Positions 45,018-53,616 of a stretch of 64,000 nt of DNA are shown here, piece by piece. The DNA lies in contig CAWFLF010000013.1 in NCBI GenBank assembly GCA_963816605.1, forward strand, positions 8,347 through 72,346, given 5' to 3'. The stretch's first letter is position 1. Each line of letters begins with the position of its first letter. Source of the DNA: an uncultured Actinomycetes bacterium. Its GTDB lineage: Bacteria; Actinomycetota; Thermoleophilia; Gaiellales; Gaiellaceae. The notes under the pieces were generated by a model that searched no databases, was not told where the DNA came from, and saw nothing but the letters and a program-made list of their open reading frames with translations. The translations under genes and the position numbers were made by a program.

Positions 45018-46716
45018 TCGGGGTTCGTCGGTCACGGCCGAACGCCTTCGGGCGCAGCTTCACGCCGGGCGGTGCTTGCCGCCGTTTGTACTCCGCGCGG
45101 TCGACCATCGCGACCGCCCGTTCGACCACATCGCGGTCGAACCCGTCCCGGGAAAGCTCCTCCAGTGTCCGGTCGTGTTCCACGTACTGCTCGAGCACCT
45201 CGTCGAGCTTCGCGTAGGGCGGCAGGGAATCCTCGTCGAACTGGTCGTCCCGCAGCTCGGCGCTCGGCGCGCGGTCGATGATGCTCCGGGGAATCAACTC
45301 GCTACGGGCTCGCTCGTTGAGGTAGCGCGCGAGATGGAACACGTCTGTTTTGTAGACGTCCTTCAGGAGGGCGAAGCCGCCCGCCATGTCACCGTAGAGG
45401 GTCGCGTAACCGACCGACAGCTCCGACTTGTTGCCCGTCGCGACGAGCATCCAGCCGAACTTGTTCGACAGCGCCATCAGCAAGACGCCCCGCGCCCGCG
45501 CCTGGATGTTCTCCTCGGCGAGACCGGGCTCGGTTCCGGCGAACGCTCCCTCGAGCGCTTCCCCGAACGCTTCGACGATCTTGCCGATCGGGATCTCCGC
45601 GAATGGGCAGCCGAGGCTTTCTGCGAGCCGGCGTGCGTCCGCGCGCGTCGCCTCCGAGGAGTAGCGCGAGGGCATCGACACGCAGTGCACGTGCTCCGGC
45701 CCGAGTGTCTCCGCCGCCAGGGCCGCGGTCACCGCAGAATCGATGCCGCCGGACACTCCAACGACCACGTCCTGGAACCCGTTCTTGACGACGTAGTCGC
45801 GTAGTCCAAGCTCGAGCGCTCGCCGCATCTGCTCGATCTCTACGACGAACGGGACGACCTCGCCGACGGCCTTGCTTCCGTTGCCAGAGGGCCCCGGCGA
45901 CCCGACGTGGATGATCTCGACCGGAGGCACCTGTTCGCGCTCGCGCGCCAGAGCTCGGCGTCGTAGGTCGCTGAGGCGGCGGCCGATCACTTCCTGCGGC
46001 TCGATATCGATGACCAGGAGCGCCTCCTCGAAACCGGGTGCACGTGCGAGCACGTTTCCCTCGTCGTCGAGCACACACGAATGGCCGTCGAAGATCAGCT
46101 CGTCCTGTCCACCCACCGTGTTGCAGAACGCGACGAAACAGGAGTTGTCTCGTGCACGGGTCACGAACATCTCCTCGCGCTCGTCGGGGCGCCCGACGTA
46201 GAAAGGCGACGCCGAGATGTTGACGAGCAGTTCTGCGCCGGCCAGTGCGAGGTCGGTCGCAGGCGGGCCCGGCTGCCACATGTCCTCGCACACGGTCGGA
46301 CCGATGAGCGTCTTGCCGTGCTCCAGCAGAACCAGATCGCGACCCGGCGCGAAGTAGCGGTCTTCGTCGAAGACGCCGTAGTTCGGGAGGAAGCGCTTGC
46401 GGTACACGGCCTTCACTTCGCCGGCCGAGCAGACGTAACAAGCGTTGAAGAGGTCGCGGTCGAAGTGCGGCGCGCCGACGAGCACCGTTGCACCGCGCAC
46501 CTCGCGCGCGATCTTCTCCACCGATTCCTCCGCCGCACGGATGAAGCCGGGGCGGAGCAGAAGGTCCTCGGGCGGATAGCCGGTGACCGCCAGTTCCGGG
46601 AAGACGATGAGGTCGGCGCTGTCGGCCTTTGCCTCGGCGAGGCGCTCGAGGATCAGCTTGCGGTTTCCCTCGAGATCGCCGACGACCGGGTTGATCTGGG
46701 CCAATGCAAGCCGCAC
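44995..46716 (-). CDS. nadE: Glutamine-dependent NAD+ synthetase
   Basis: N-terminal nitrilase domain (FPELAVTGYPPED, CEDMW) and C-terminal synthetase domain (GVSGGIDSAV). 573 aa. Confidence 0.9.
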   Translation of the reverse strand: MRLALAQINPVVGDLEGNRKLILERLAEAKADSADLIVFPELAVTGYPPEDLLLRPGFIRAAEESVEKIAREVRGATVLVGAPHFDRDLFNACYVCSAGEVKAVYRKRFLPNYGVFDEDRYFAPGRDLVLLEHGKTLIGPTVCEDMWQPGPPATDLALAGAELLVNISASPFYVGRPDEREEMFVTRARDNSCFVAFCNTVGGQDELIFDGHSCVLDDEGNVLARAPGFEEALLVIDIEPQEVIGRRLSDLRRRALAREREQVPPVEIIHVGSPGPSGNGSKAVGEVVPFVVEIEQMRRALELGLRDYVVKNGFQDVVVGVSGGIDSAVTAALAAETLGPEHVHCVSMPSRYSSEATRADARRLAESLGCPFAEIPIGKIVEAFGEALEGAFAGTEPGLAEENIQARARGVLLMALSNKFGWMLVATGNKSELSVGYATLYGDMAGGFALLKDVYKTDVFHLARYLNERARSELIPRSIIDRAPSAELRDDQFDEDSLPPYAKLDEVLEQYVEHDRTLEELSRDGFDRDVVERAVAMVDRAEYKRRQAPPGVKLRPKAFGRDRRTPITNRWRG

Positions 46717-46766
46717 GGCCTCAGTCTAGCTGTTTCCGCCTCTCAGTCGAAAACTAAGCGGCCGTG

Positions 46767-47312
46767 CTAGCGCCGTCGACCGAACTGCATCACCCAGAGG
46801 GCGACGCCGTCTCGACCGAACATGCGGCCACGTTCGAATGCGATCCCGAGGTCTTTCCAGCGCCGCGCCATCAGGTTCTGTCGATGAGGGGGTGAGTTGA
46901 GCCAGAGCTGGAGCGTGTGGAGCGGCGAGCCGAGCTCGCCTTGCCCCCAGGCAAGATTCTCGCTGAAGGATCGCGCCGGCAGATAACCCGCCTTCTTGAA
47001 CGTGTTGGCAAACGACATTCCGCACGGCGTGTGCGTGAAGCCGCACTTCCGCATTGCGTCCGCTTTCATGACCGAGGAGCGGTTCAACGGGACGTTTCCC
47101 CTGACGTACCCAAGGCCATAGGTGCGACGCACGACGTTGATGCCGCAGTACATCGCCTCGAGTCGCGAGTGCTCGTCGCCGGCGGCGATCGTCGCACCCA
47201 CGCACGACGAAGCCACGGCTGCGAGCGCAGCCGAATCCGAAGCTTGCGGCGCTGCTCCCGCCGGCGCGGCCAAGCCGAGAACGATCGCGATGATGGTGAC
47301 GGCAGATCCCAT
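46767..47312 (-). CDS. Secreted CAP/SCP-domain protein
   Basis: Signal peptide, then ENLAWG...WLNSPPHRQNL...W..LG. Confidence 0.75.
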   Translation of the reverse strand: MGSAVTIIAIVLGLAAPAGAAPQASDSAALAAVASSCVGATIAAGDEHSRLEAMYCGINVVRRTYGLGYVRGNVPLNRSSVMKADAMRKCGFTHTPCGMSFANTFKKAGYLPARSFSENLAWGQGELGSPLHTLQLWLNSPPHRQNLMARRWKDLGIAFERGRMFGRDGVALWVMQFGRRR

Positions 47313-47424
47313 TGCGCGGTCGAAGAACTAGATGCCCATTCGGAGTGGATCCTGCGCACTCCTGCGGCGGAATTTACATTAAGGCTCGTACATCCTAGGG
47401 ATATGGCCTAAAAAGGAGAAAAAT

Positions 47425-49359
47425 CTAGGTACGACTCACGGCCTCGGCGATCTCGTCGAGGGCTTCCGGATTCTCGACCGAGGAGAGATCGCCCGGCTCT
47501 GAGCCCAGGACGCGGGCCCGGACGGCCCGGCGGACGATCTTCGCGCTGCGGGTCTTCGGGAGGGCCGAGACGAAAACGATCCGCTCGGGCTTGAAGGCTT
47601 TCCCGAGCTCGTCGGTGACGGCTGCTGAGATCTCGAGCGCCTGATCCGGGGTCGCCTCGTGCCCGGGCTTGAGCACACAGAAGAGCCACGCGACTTCGCC
47701 CTTCACCTCGTGCGGGATTCCGATCGCCGCGGCCTCGGCGACAGCGCCGTGCGCGACCGCCGCGGACTCGAGCTCTGCCGGCCCGATTCGCTTGCCCGCG
47801 ATGTTGAGCGTGTCGTCGGAGCGGCCGTGCAGGAACCAGTAGCCGTCTTCGTCGACGGATGCCCAGTCGCCGTGCGTCCAGACTCCCGGAAAGCGTCGCC
47901 AGTACGCGTCGAGGTAGCGCTCGTTGTCGCCCCAAACCCCGCGTGTCATTCCGGGCCAGGGCCGTTTGCACACGAGCTCGCCGACTTCGCCGCGCAACGA
48001 GCTTCCGTCCGGCCCGAACACGTCCATGTCCTGGCCAAGCGCCGGGAACCCGAGCGCGACCGGCTTGATCGGCTCCGTCAGGCAGGTGGTGAGAAAACAT
48101 GCCCCGACCTCGGTGCCGCCCGAGCAGTTGACGATCGGCGTCGCACTGCCGCCCACCTTCTCGAACAGCCAGTGGTAGGGATCGCGGTTCCACGGCTCCC
48201 CGGTCGTGCAGATCGCCTTCAACGTCGACATGTCCGCCTGCGGATCGCCCCTGGGGATGAGCGCGCGCACGAGTGTCGGGGAAACGCCGAGCATCGTCAC
48301 GCGTTCCGACTCGATCAGCTTCCAGATGCGGTCCGCCGGAAAGTCGGGAGCGCCTTCCGCGTAGACAACCGTCGCTCCGCACGCTCCGCCGCCGACCACC
48401 GTCCACGGTCCCATGATCCAGCCCATGTCCGTCGCGAAGTGGATGCGGTCTGCGGGCTTGACGTTCGTCTGGTACGCAACTTCGCGCGCGATCGATGCGA
48501 GGAAGCCGGCCTGAACGTGCAGCGCACCCTTCGGCTTGCCGGTTGTCCCCGACGTGTACGCGAGCAGGTACGGATGCTCGGAATCGACCTGCTTCGGAGC
48601 CAGATCACCGGACGTGCCGTCGACGAGCTCGTCCCAGAAGCGGTCGCGGCCGAGTGTCATCGGGACATCGTCGAGACCAAGGCGTCGCCAAACGATCGTG
48701 TGCGTGACCGTCGCCGCCGATTCGAGCGCCTCGTCGGCGATCTGCTTCATCGGCATCATCTGCCCGCGTCGAAGTGAGCCGTCGGCCGTGATCAGCGCTT
48801 TGGCCTTCGCGTCCGCGAGTCGCGCGGCGATCGCAGGAGCGGCGAAGCCAGAGAAGATGGGAACCTGAACGGCACCGAGGTGCGCGCAGGCGTGCGAGGC
48901 GATCGCGACCTGCGGGGACATCGGCAGGAAGATTCCGACCGCATCGCCTTCGCCTATGCCGATCGACGCGAGACCTTCCGCAAGGCGGAACACTTCGTCG
49001 GAGAGCTCGCGCCACGTGAGCGAGATCCGTTCACCGTCCTCGGCCTGCCACACCGCGGCCTCCTGTTCGGCGAGCTCGCCGGCCGCCCAGCGGTGAACGC
49101 AGTTCCAGGCGAGATTCAGCTTGCCACCCGTGAACCAGGTGGCCCACTCGCTCCCACGAGAGGTGTCCACCACTTGCTCCCAGGGCTCCGAGAACTCGAG
49201 CCCGAGATCCTCGATCACCGCGGGCCAGAAACGCCCCGGTTCCTCGACCGAGATGCGGTGGAGATCGGCGTAGTGCTCGACACCGAGGCTGCGCGCGAGC
49301 CTCGTGACGTTCGCGCTCTCGACGTCCTCGGCGGTCGGGCTCCAGATGAAATCGGACAC
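47425..49359 (-). CDS. AMP-dependent acyl-CoA synthetase (Acs/acetoacetyl-CoA synthetase-like paralogue)
   Basis: Trimmed to GTG 49359. WFTGGKLNLAWNCVHRW, YTSGTTGKPKG, GGTEVG, KTRSAKIVRR. Confidence 0.85.
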   Translation of the reverse strand: MSDFIWSPTAEDVESANVTRLARSLGVEHYADLHRISVEEPGRFWPAVIEDLGLEFSEPWEQVVDTSRGSEWATWFTGGKLNLAWNCVHRWAAGELAEQEAAVWQAEDGERISLTWRELSDEVFRLAEGLASIGIGEGDAVGIFLPMSPQVAIASHACAHLGAVQVPIFSGFAAPAIAARLADAKAKALITADGSLRRGQMMPMKQIADEALESAATVTHTIVWRRLGLDDVPMTLGRDRFWDELVDGTSGDLAPKQVDSEHPYLLAYTSGTTGKPKGALHVQAGFLASIAREVAYQTNVKPADRIHFATDMGWIMGPWTVVGGGACGATVVYAEGAPDFPADRIWKLIESERVTMLGVSPTLVRALIPRGDPQADMSTLKAICTTGEPWNRDPYHWLFEKVGGSATPIVNCSGGTEVGACFLTTCLTEPIKPVALGFPALGQDMDVFGPDGSSLRGEVGELVCKRPWPGMTRGVWGDNERYLDAYWRRFPGVWTHGDWASVDEDGYWFLHGRSDDTLNIAGKRIGPAELESAAVAHGAVAEAAAIGIPHEVKGEVAWLFCVLKPGHEATPDQALEISAAVTDELGKAFKPERIVFVSALPKTRSAKIVRRAVRARVLGSEPGDLSSVENPEALDEIAEAVSRT

Positions 49360-49420
49360 GCGCGAAGCGTACGGGGTAGGGAGCGACGTAGGGCGGGCAG
49401 CGTCCTCTAACCTCTGGGAG

Positions 49421-50872
49421 ATGCGTGCTCGGCTGTTCACACCCGAGAACCGGAAGTGGTGGACGCTCGTCGCGGTCGCGGTCGGGCTGTTCATGATCAT
49501 GCTCGACAACACGGTCGTGAACGTGGCGCTGCCGTCGATCCAGCAGGACCTCGGCATCGGCATCTCGGAGCTCGAATGGGTCGTGAATGCCTACGCGCTC
49601 ACGTTCGGCGTGCTACTCCTCACCGGCGGGAAGCTCGCCGACCTGCTCGGGCGGCGGGCGATCTTCATCGCGGGCCTCGTCGTCTTCACCGGCGCTTCGC
49701 TGTGGTGCGGGCTCGCTGGGGGAGCGACCTCGCTCATCGCCGCGCGCACGGTGCAGGGGGTCGGCGCCGCGCTGATGAATCCCGCGACGCTGTCGATCAT
49801 CACCGCGACTTTCCCGCCGCGCCAGAGAGGAACCGCGATCGGCATCTGGGCCGGCGTCTCCGCACTTGCGCTCGCGATCGGCCCGATCGTCGGCGGCCTC
49901 CTGACGGAGAAGGTCAACTGGAGCTGGATCTTCTTCATCAACATCCCCGTCGGCGTGCTCGGCGTGATCGCGGCACGGCTTTTCATCGACGAGACGAAGG
50001 ACACGTCGAAGGAACAGCGACTCGACTTACCAGGCCTGGTCACCTCGGGTGTCGGCCTCTTCGCGCTTACATACGGTCTGATCGAGACGAACGACCACTC
50101 GTGGACGTCGACGCGCGTTCTCTCGTTGTTCGCGGTCGCAGCGGTGGCGCTGACCGCCTTCGTGTTGCTCGAGTTGCATCAACGTCTGCCGATGCTCGAC
50201 CTCGGGTTGTTCCGGAATCCGACGTTCGCAGGCGCCAACGCCGCGATGCTGCTCGTCGGGCTCGCGATGTTCGGGATCTTCTTCTTCAACTCGCTCCTGC
50301 TGCAGCGCGTCCTCGGCTACAGCGCGATCGAAACCGGCGCGGCGTTCCTGCCGATGACCGTCTTGATCATCCTGGTCGCTCCGGTTGCAGGCAGGTTCTC
50401 CGACCGGATCGGCGCGCGCTGGCTGATGGGGGCGGGCATGACCCTGCTGGCGATCTCGCTCCTCCTCTTCGGGACGCTCGACGCCAGCTCGTCCTTCTGG
50501 AACATCCTTCCCGGCCTCCTCGTGGGCGGGGTCGGGATGGCCGTCACGATGGCACCGACGACCGCTGCGGCGATGGGCTCTGTTCCCGTGGCGCAGGCCG
50601 GCGTGGGCTCTGCGGTGATCAACAGCATGCGACAGGTCGGCGGCTCGCTCGGCATCGCGATCATGGGCGCGCTCGTGGCGACGAGCGTCAGCGTTCTGCC
50701 GACGAATCCACTGTGGCCGGACCAATTCGTGGAGGGTTACCACCGGGCAGTTCACCTCGGCGCCGGCCTCGTCCTCGTCGGCGCGATCATCTCGGTCCTG
50801 ACCGTTCGCCAGTTGCCGCGCCGCGAGGGCGCAGCGGAATCAATCGCCGTCGCGCTTGCCGACGAGCCCTAG
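49421..50872 (+). CDS. MFS transporter, DHA2 (EmrB/QacA, 14-TM) type
   Basis: Trimmed to Met40 of track ORF 49304-50872. MLDNTVVNVALPSIQ, GKLADLLGRR. Confidence 0.85.
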   Translation: MRARLFTPENRKWWTLVAVAVGLFMIMLDNTVVNVALPSIQQDLGIGISELEWVVNAYALTFGVLLLTGGKLADLLGRRAIFIAGLVVFTGASLWCGLAGGATSLIAARTVQGVGAALMNPATLSIITATFPPRQRGTAIGIWAGVSALALAIGPIVGGLLTEKVNWSWIFFINIPVGVLGVIAARLFIDETKDTSKEQRLDLPGLVTSGVGLFALTYGLIETNDHSWTSTRVLSLFAVAAVALTAFVLLELHQRLPMLDLGLFRNPTFAGANAAMLLVGLAMFGIFFFNSLLLQRVLGYSAIETGAAFLPMTVLIILVAPVAGRFSDRIGARWLMGAGMTLLAISLLLFGTLDASSSFWNILPGLLVGGVGMAVTMAPTTAAAMGSVPVAQAGVGSAVINSMRQVGGSLGIAIMGALVATSVSVLPTNPLWPDQFVEGYHRAVHLGAGLVLVGAIISVLTVRQLPRREGAAESIAVALADEP

Positions 50873-50907
50873 AAAAAGGAAGACCCCCGGCTGCGGCTCC
50901 GGGGGTC
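50873..50907. terminator. Bidirectional intrinsic terminator; the U-tract is on the minus strand
   Basis: GACCCCCGG-ctgcggct-CCGGGGGTC (50882-50907). The minus strand continues UUCCUUUUUCUA; the plus strand continues gattcctgtt. Confidence 0.7.
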
Positions 50908-51044
50908 GATTCCTGTTAGGCGACTCCGCCTGTGTGGCGGTCTCCCCGGGACTTGGCTCTGCGGCCCAGCCACGCCCCTTTGCGGATCCCACCTGGTGAA
51001 GTGCCTCCTGCAGCCGACCCTGGCGTCTGGCTCGGTTGCAAGCT
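50873..51044 (-). ncRNA. Candidate ~170-nt small RNA, family not recognised
   Basis: Bounded by the minus-strand promoter TTGACA-17-TAGAGT (51051-51079) and the terminator at 50873-50907. There is no credible ORF. Ends are estimated to within a few nt. Confidence 0.45.
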
Positions 51045-51050
51045 GCGCTC

Positions 51051-51079
51051 ACTCTAGGAGGCTTCTCCAGACCTGTCAA
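51051..51079 (-). promoter_or_regulatory. Near-consensus sigma-A/sigma-70 promoter TTGACA-17 nt-TAGAGT on the minus strand
   Basis: Reverse complement of 51051-51079 is TTGACAggtctggagaagcctccTAGAGT. Confidence 0.6.
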
Positions 51080-51086
51080 GTAGCTC

Positions 51087-51118
51087 GGTCAAGTGATTTG
51101 AGCTAGGCTTACTTGACC
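51087..51118. promoter_or_regulatory. Inverted repeat GGTCAAGT-N16-ACTTGACC, with an extra direct GTCAAGT copy at 51075-51081
   Basis: Read directly. Lies between the sRNA promoter and the HTH/TPR regulator gene. Confidence 0.45.
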
Positions 51119-51205
51119 CGTTTCTGGCCGTGACATGACCTTTTAGGGGGATGCCGGAAGTGACGGGTTGAAGTTTTGTGAAGTATGTCCTCTACTTAGC
51201 CGTAC

Positions 51206-52558
51206 GTGTCTGACTCGACCGCCATCCGTCAGCAACAGCGAGCCTCTGCCGCTCAGGCCGGGCTCAGGCTGGGCGAGCGCCTGCGCCAGCTTCGTGTCGC
51301 CGCCTCGATGACCCAGACGGATCTCGCGGGAGATCGGTTCTCCAAGGAGTACGTGAGCCAGATCGAGCGCGGCAAGACGCGGCCCACCCGCGAGACGATC
51401 GACTGGCTCGCACAGCGGCTTGGCGTCGATGCAGCCTTTCTTGCCAACGGTGTCTCGGCCGACGACCGCGGCCGAGTCGATGCGGCGCTTGCACGGGCGG
51501 AGGCCCTGCTCGAGGCGCGCCGTAACGCCGAGGCGCTCGAGGAGTTCGAGAGCATTCGCGCCGACGTGCTGGCGACCGGCATGCAGGAGCTCGAGGCGCG
51601 TGCGCTCTCCGGTGAAGCGACCGCGCGGATGCGCTGCGGTGACGTTCGCGAAGCGATTGGACTGCTCGAGCGGGCGCGCGCGCTCAGCGAGGGGACGTCC
51701 TTCTCGGATGTCGAGCGCGCCGACGTGCTCTTCCGCCTGGGCGTCGCCCGGTACAAGCTCAACAGCATCCAGACAGCGCTCGGCCTGTTCGACGAGGCGC
51801 TCAAGGTCGCGGAGCGCTCCGAGATTCCGTCAGATCAGCTGCGCTCGAACATTCTTGCGTGGCGCTCGAGGTGTTACCGCCGGCGCCGCGACCTCGAGGC
51901 CGCGCGCGAGGACGTCGAGCGTGCGCTCGAGCTCGCCGAGGGTTTGAATGACAAGCGCACCGCTGCCGACATCTACTTCCAGGCGTCGATCATCGCCGAC
52001 CGCGAGGGCCACTGGGTGCTCGCACGTACCTATGCCGAGCGCGCCAAGAGTGCGTACGAAGAGCTTTCGGACCGCGGCAATCTCGGTCGCCTGCTGAACA
52101 ACCTCGGCGGGATCAATTTCCTTCTCGGCCATCCCGCGGAGGCTGTCGAGTTCCTCAAGGACGCAGTTCGCATTGCCCTGGAAGTCGGAAACGACGCGGA
52201 GGCCGCACACGCAGTCAACGGCATCGCCCAGGTTCACCTGCGCACCGGCGAGATCAAGCGGGCCGAGGAGCAGGCGCGGTATGCGCTCGAGCTGCTCGGT
52301 GACCGTGTCGACGAGATCGGTGAGATCGGCAACGCCCAGCTCGTTCTGGGCCGGGCGTTGCTCGAGCAGGATCGGCTCGACGAGGCCGATGAAGCGTTTC
52401 ATGCCGGCGAGCGCGCGTACGACCAGCTCTCGTCCGGAAGCCACCGTGCATCGGCGTGGGTCGCCCAGGGCGATCTCGCTGCTCGCCGCGGTGACGATCG
52501 GACCGCGGCCCGGCTCTACCGCCAGGCGGCCGACGCCCTGCAAGACGTCCGCTTCTAA
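51206..52558 (+). CDS. XRE-family HTH regulator with a long TPR-like C-terminal domain (RRNPP-like architecture)
   Basis: HTH region LRQLRVAASMTQTDLAGDRFSKEYVSQIERGKTRPTRETIDWLAQRLGV, followed by about 370 aa of helical repeats. GTG start. Confidence 0.8.
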   Translation: MSDSTAIRQQQRASAAQAGLRLGERLRQLRVAASMTQTDLAGDRFSKEYVSQIERGKTRPTRETIDWLAQRLGVDAAFLANGVSADDRGRVDAALARAEALLEARRNAEALEEFESIRADVLATGMQELEARALSGEATARMRCGDVREAIGLLERARALSEGTSFSDVERADVLFRLGVARYKLNSIQTALGLFDEALKVAERSEIPSDQLRSNILAWRSRCYRRRRDLEAAREDVERALELAEGLNDKRTAADIYFQASIIADREGHWVLARTYAERAKSAYEELSDRGNLGRLLNNLGGINFLLGHPAEAVEFLKDAVRIALEVGNDAEAAHAVNGIAQVHLRTGEIKRAEEQARYALELLGDRVDEIGEIGNAQLVLGRALLEQDRLDEADEAFHAGERAYDQLSSGSHRASAWVAQGDLAARRGDDRTAARLYRQAADALQDVRF

Positions 52559-52584
52559 TCCATCTTTCGAAAGGGGGTGACCAT

Positions 52585-52695
52585 ATGTCCAGAGCTCGAC
52601 TGATCTATTTCGCGGTCTTCTCGATCCTCATCGCGACCGCTCTGCTGCCGGCACTGCACTTCTGGCCCGACGGGCCGCACGACGGCGCGGACTAG
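52585..52695 (+). CDS. Unlisted 36-aa ORF: signal-peptide-like or small membrane peptide (candidate propeptide)
   Basis: AAGGGGG (52571-52577), 7 nt, then ATG. Encodes MSRARLIYFAVFSILIATALLPALHFWPDGPHDGAD and ends at TAG 52693-52695. It sits 26 nt after the regulator stop and 9 nt before the next gene. Confidence 0.5.
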   Translation: MSRARLIYFAVFSILIATALLPALHFWPDGPHDGAD

Positions 52696-52704
52696 AGTGA
52701 GCCC

Positions 52705-53616
52705 GTGCGCGCTTTGCTCGCCGTCGCCTCGCTGACTGCGTTGGCGGCTGGCTGTGGCTCTTCGACGAGCGTTTCGGAGCGAGGCGCGCCGAGTCCCGGG
52801 TCGCTGGAGGCGCTCTGGAAACAGTCGGGGCAACAGGTCGCCTTGATCCCGGGCACGAACGACTACGCGCCCGGCGATCTGAGGATCTCCTTCCTGGTCG
52901 TCGACAACCGCGGCCGGCTGGTCGCACCACCGCGGGCCCGGTTCTGGATCGCGCGCTCGCTCGCCGCCAAGCCGTTCCAGCAAACCGTTGCGCGTCTCGA
53001 GCCGGTCGGCGTGGCCGGCGTCTCGAAGGTCGGAGACGCGCCGTCCCTGTACGTCGCGCACGTACGAGTGAGTTCGCCGGGAACGTACTACGTGCTGGCT
53101 CGACCGATCGGGCATCCGGCGATCGGTGGGATGCGCGAAGTGCTCGTGAGGAAGCACGCCGCCTCGCCGTCAGTCGGATCGCGCGCTTTTCCGTCGGTGA
53201 CCCCGACGCTCGCGAGCGCGCATGGCCGAGCAGCGAAGATCACGACACGCGTTCCCCCGGACCGAGGTCTTCTGCGCTACTCGATCGCAGAGTCGTTGCG
53301 GGCACATATCCCGTTCGTCGTCACCTTCGCGACTCCCCGCTACTGCTCGAGCCGTACGTGCGGTCCGGTCGTCGACGTGGTCGAGCGGACGCGGCGTCGC
53401 CTTGCCAAGGACCGGTCGATCCGTTTCATTCACGTCGAGATCTACCAGGACAACGATCCGCGAAAAGGCGAGAACCGCTGGGTCCGCGAGTGGCGCCTTC
53501 CGTCCGAGCCCTGGACGTTCCTCGTCGGCCGTGACGGTCGGATCAAGGCGAAGTTCGAAGGATCGATCTCGCCTCGGGAGCTCGAGTCGGCGGTGCGGCG
53601 CCTTCTGCACGCGTGA
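52705..53616 (+). CDS. Lipoprotein with a C-terminal thioredoxin-fold (redoxin-like) domain, CxxxxC
   Basis: Lipobox LAAGC. FATPRYCSSRTCGPVVD...WTFLVGRDGRI. Confidence 0.65.
   Translation: MRALLAVASLTALAAGCGSSTSVSERGAPSPGSLEALWKQSGQQVALIPGTNDYAPGDLRISFLVVDNRGRLVAPPRARFWIARSLAAKPFQQTVARLEPVGVAGVSKVGDAPSLYVAHVRVSSPGTYYVLARPIGHPAIGGMREVLVRKHAASPSVGSRAFPSVTPTLASAHGRAAKITTRVPPDRGLLRYSIAESLRAHIPFVVTFATPRYCSSRTCGPVVDVVERTRRRLAKDRSIRFIHVEIYQDNDPRKGENRWVREWRLPSEPWTFLVGRDGRIKAKFEGSISPRELESAVRRLLHA

Noticed and set aside
47313-47424. A conspicuously AT-richer ~70-bp patch (…ggaatttacattaaggctcgtacatcctagggatatggcctaaaaaggagaaaaatctagg…) considered as an insertion scar or an ncRNA such as a ydaO-type riboswitch upstream of the CAP-domain gene.
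   Set aside because: It has no flanking repeats and none of the ydaO conserved segments that I can recall. It is most simply the promoter and leader of the CAP-domain gene, plus a U-rich stretch after the ligase stop. It contains only a modest 6-bp hairpin (GGAGTG-N9-CACTCC).
50908-51044. Considered whether the sRNA candidate is SRP (4.5S) RNA, 6S RNA, tmRNA or RNase P RNA. CCAGG… motifs on the minus strand superficially recall SRP domain IV.
   Set aside because: It has no GGAA tetraloop/AGCAGC SRP core and no tmRNA tag or 5' GGGGCUG. It is too short for RNase P. I could not draw the long closing stem and central bubble of 6S by eye. I left it as an unclassified candidate; a covariance-model search is needed.
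50840-51079. The 79-aa minus-strand ORF as a protein gene in the large intergenic gap.
   Set aside because: Its TTG start is the -35 hexamer of the predicted promoter, so it lies upstream of the likely TSS. It reads through the terminator hairpin into the MFS gene, and its composition is Pro/Gly/Arg-rich.
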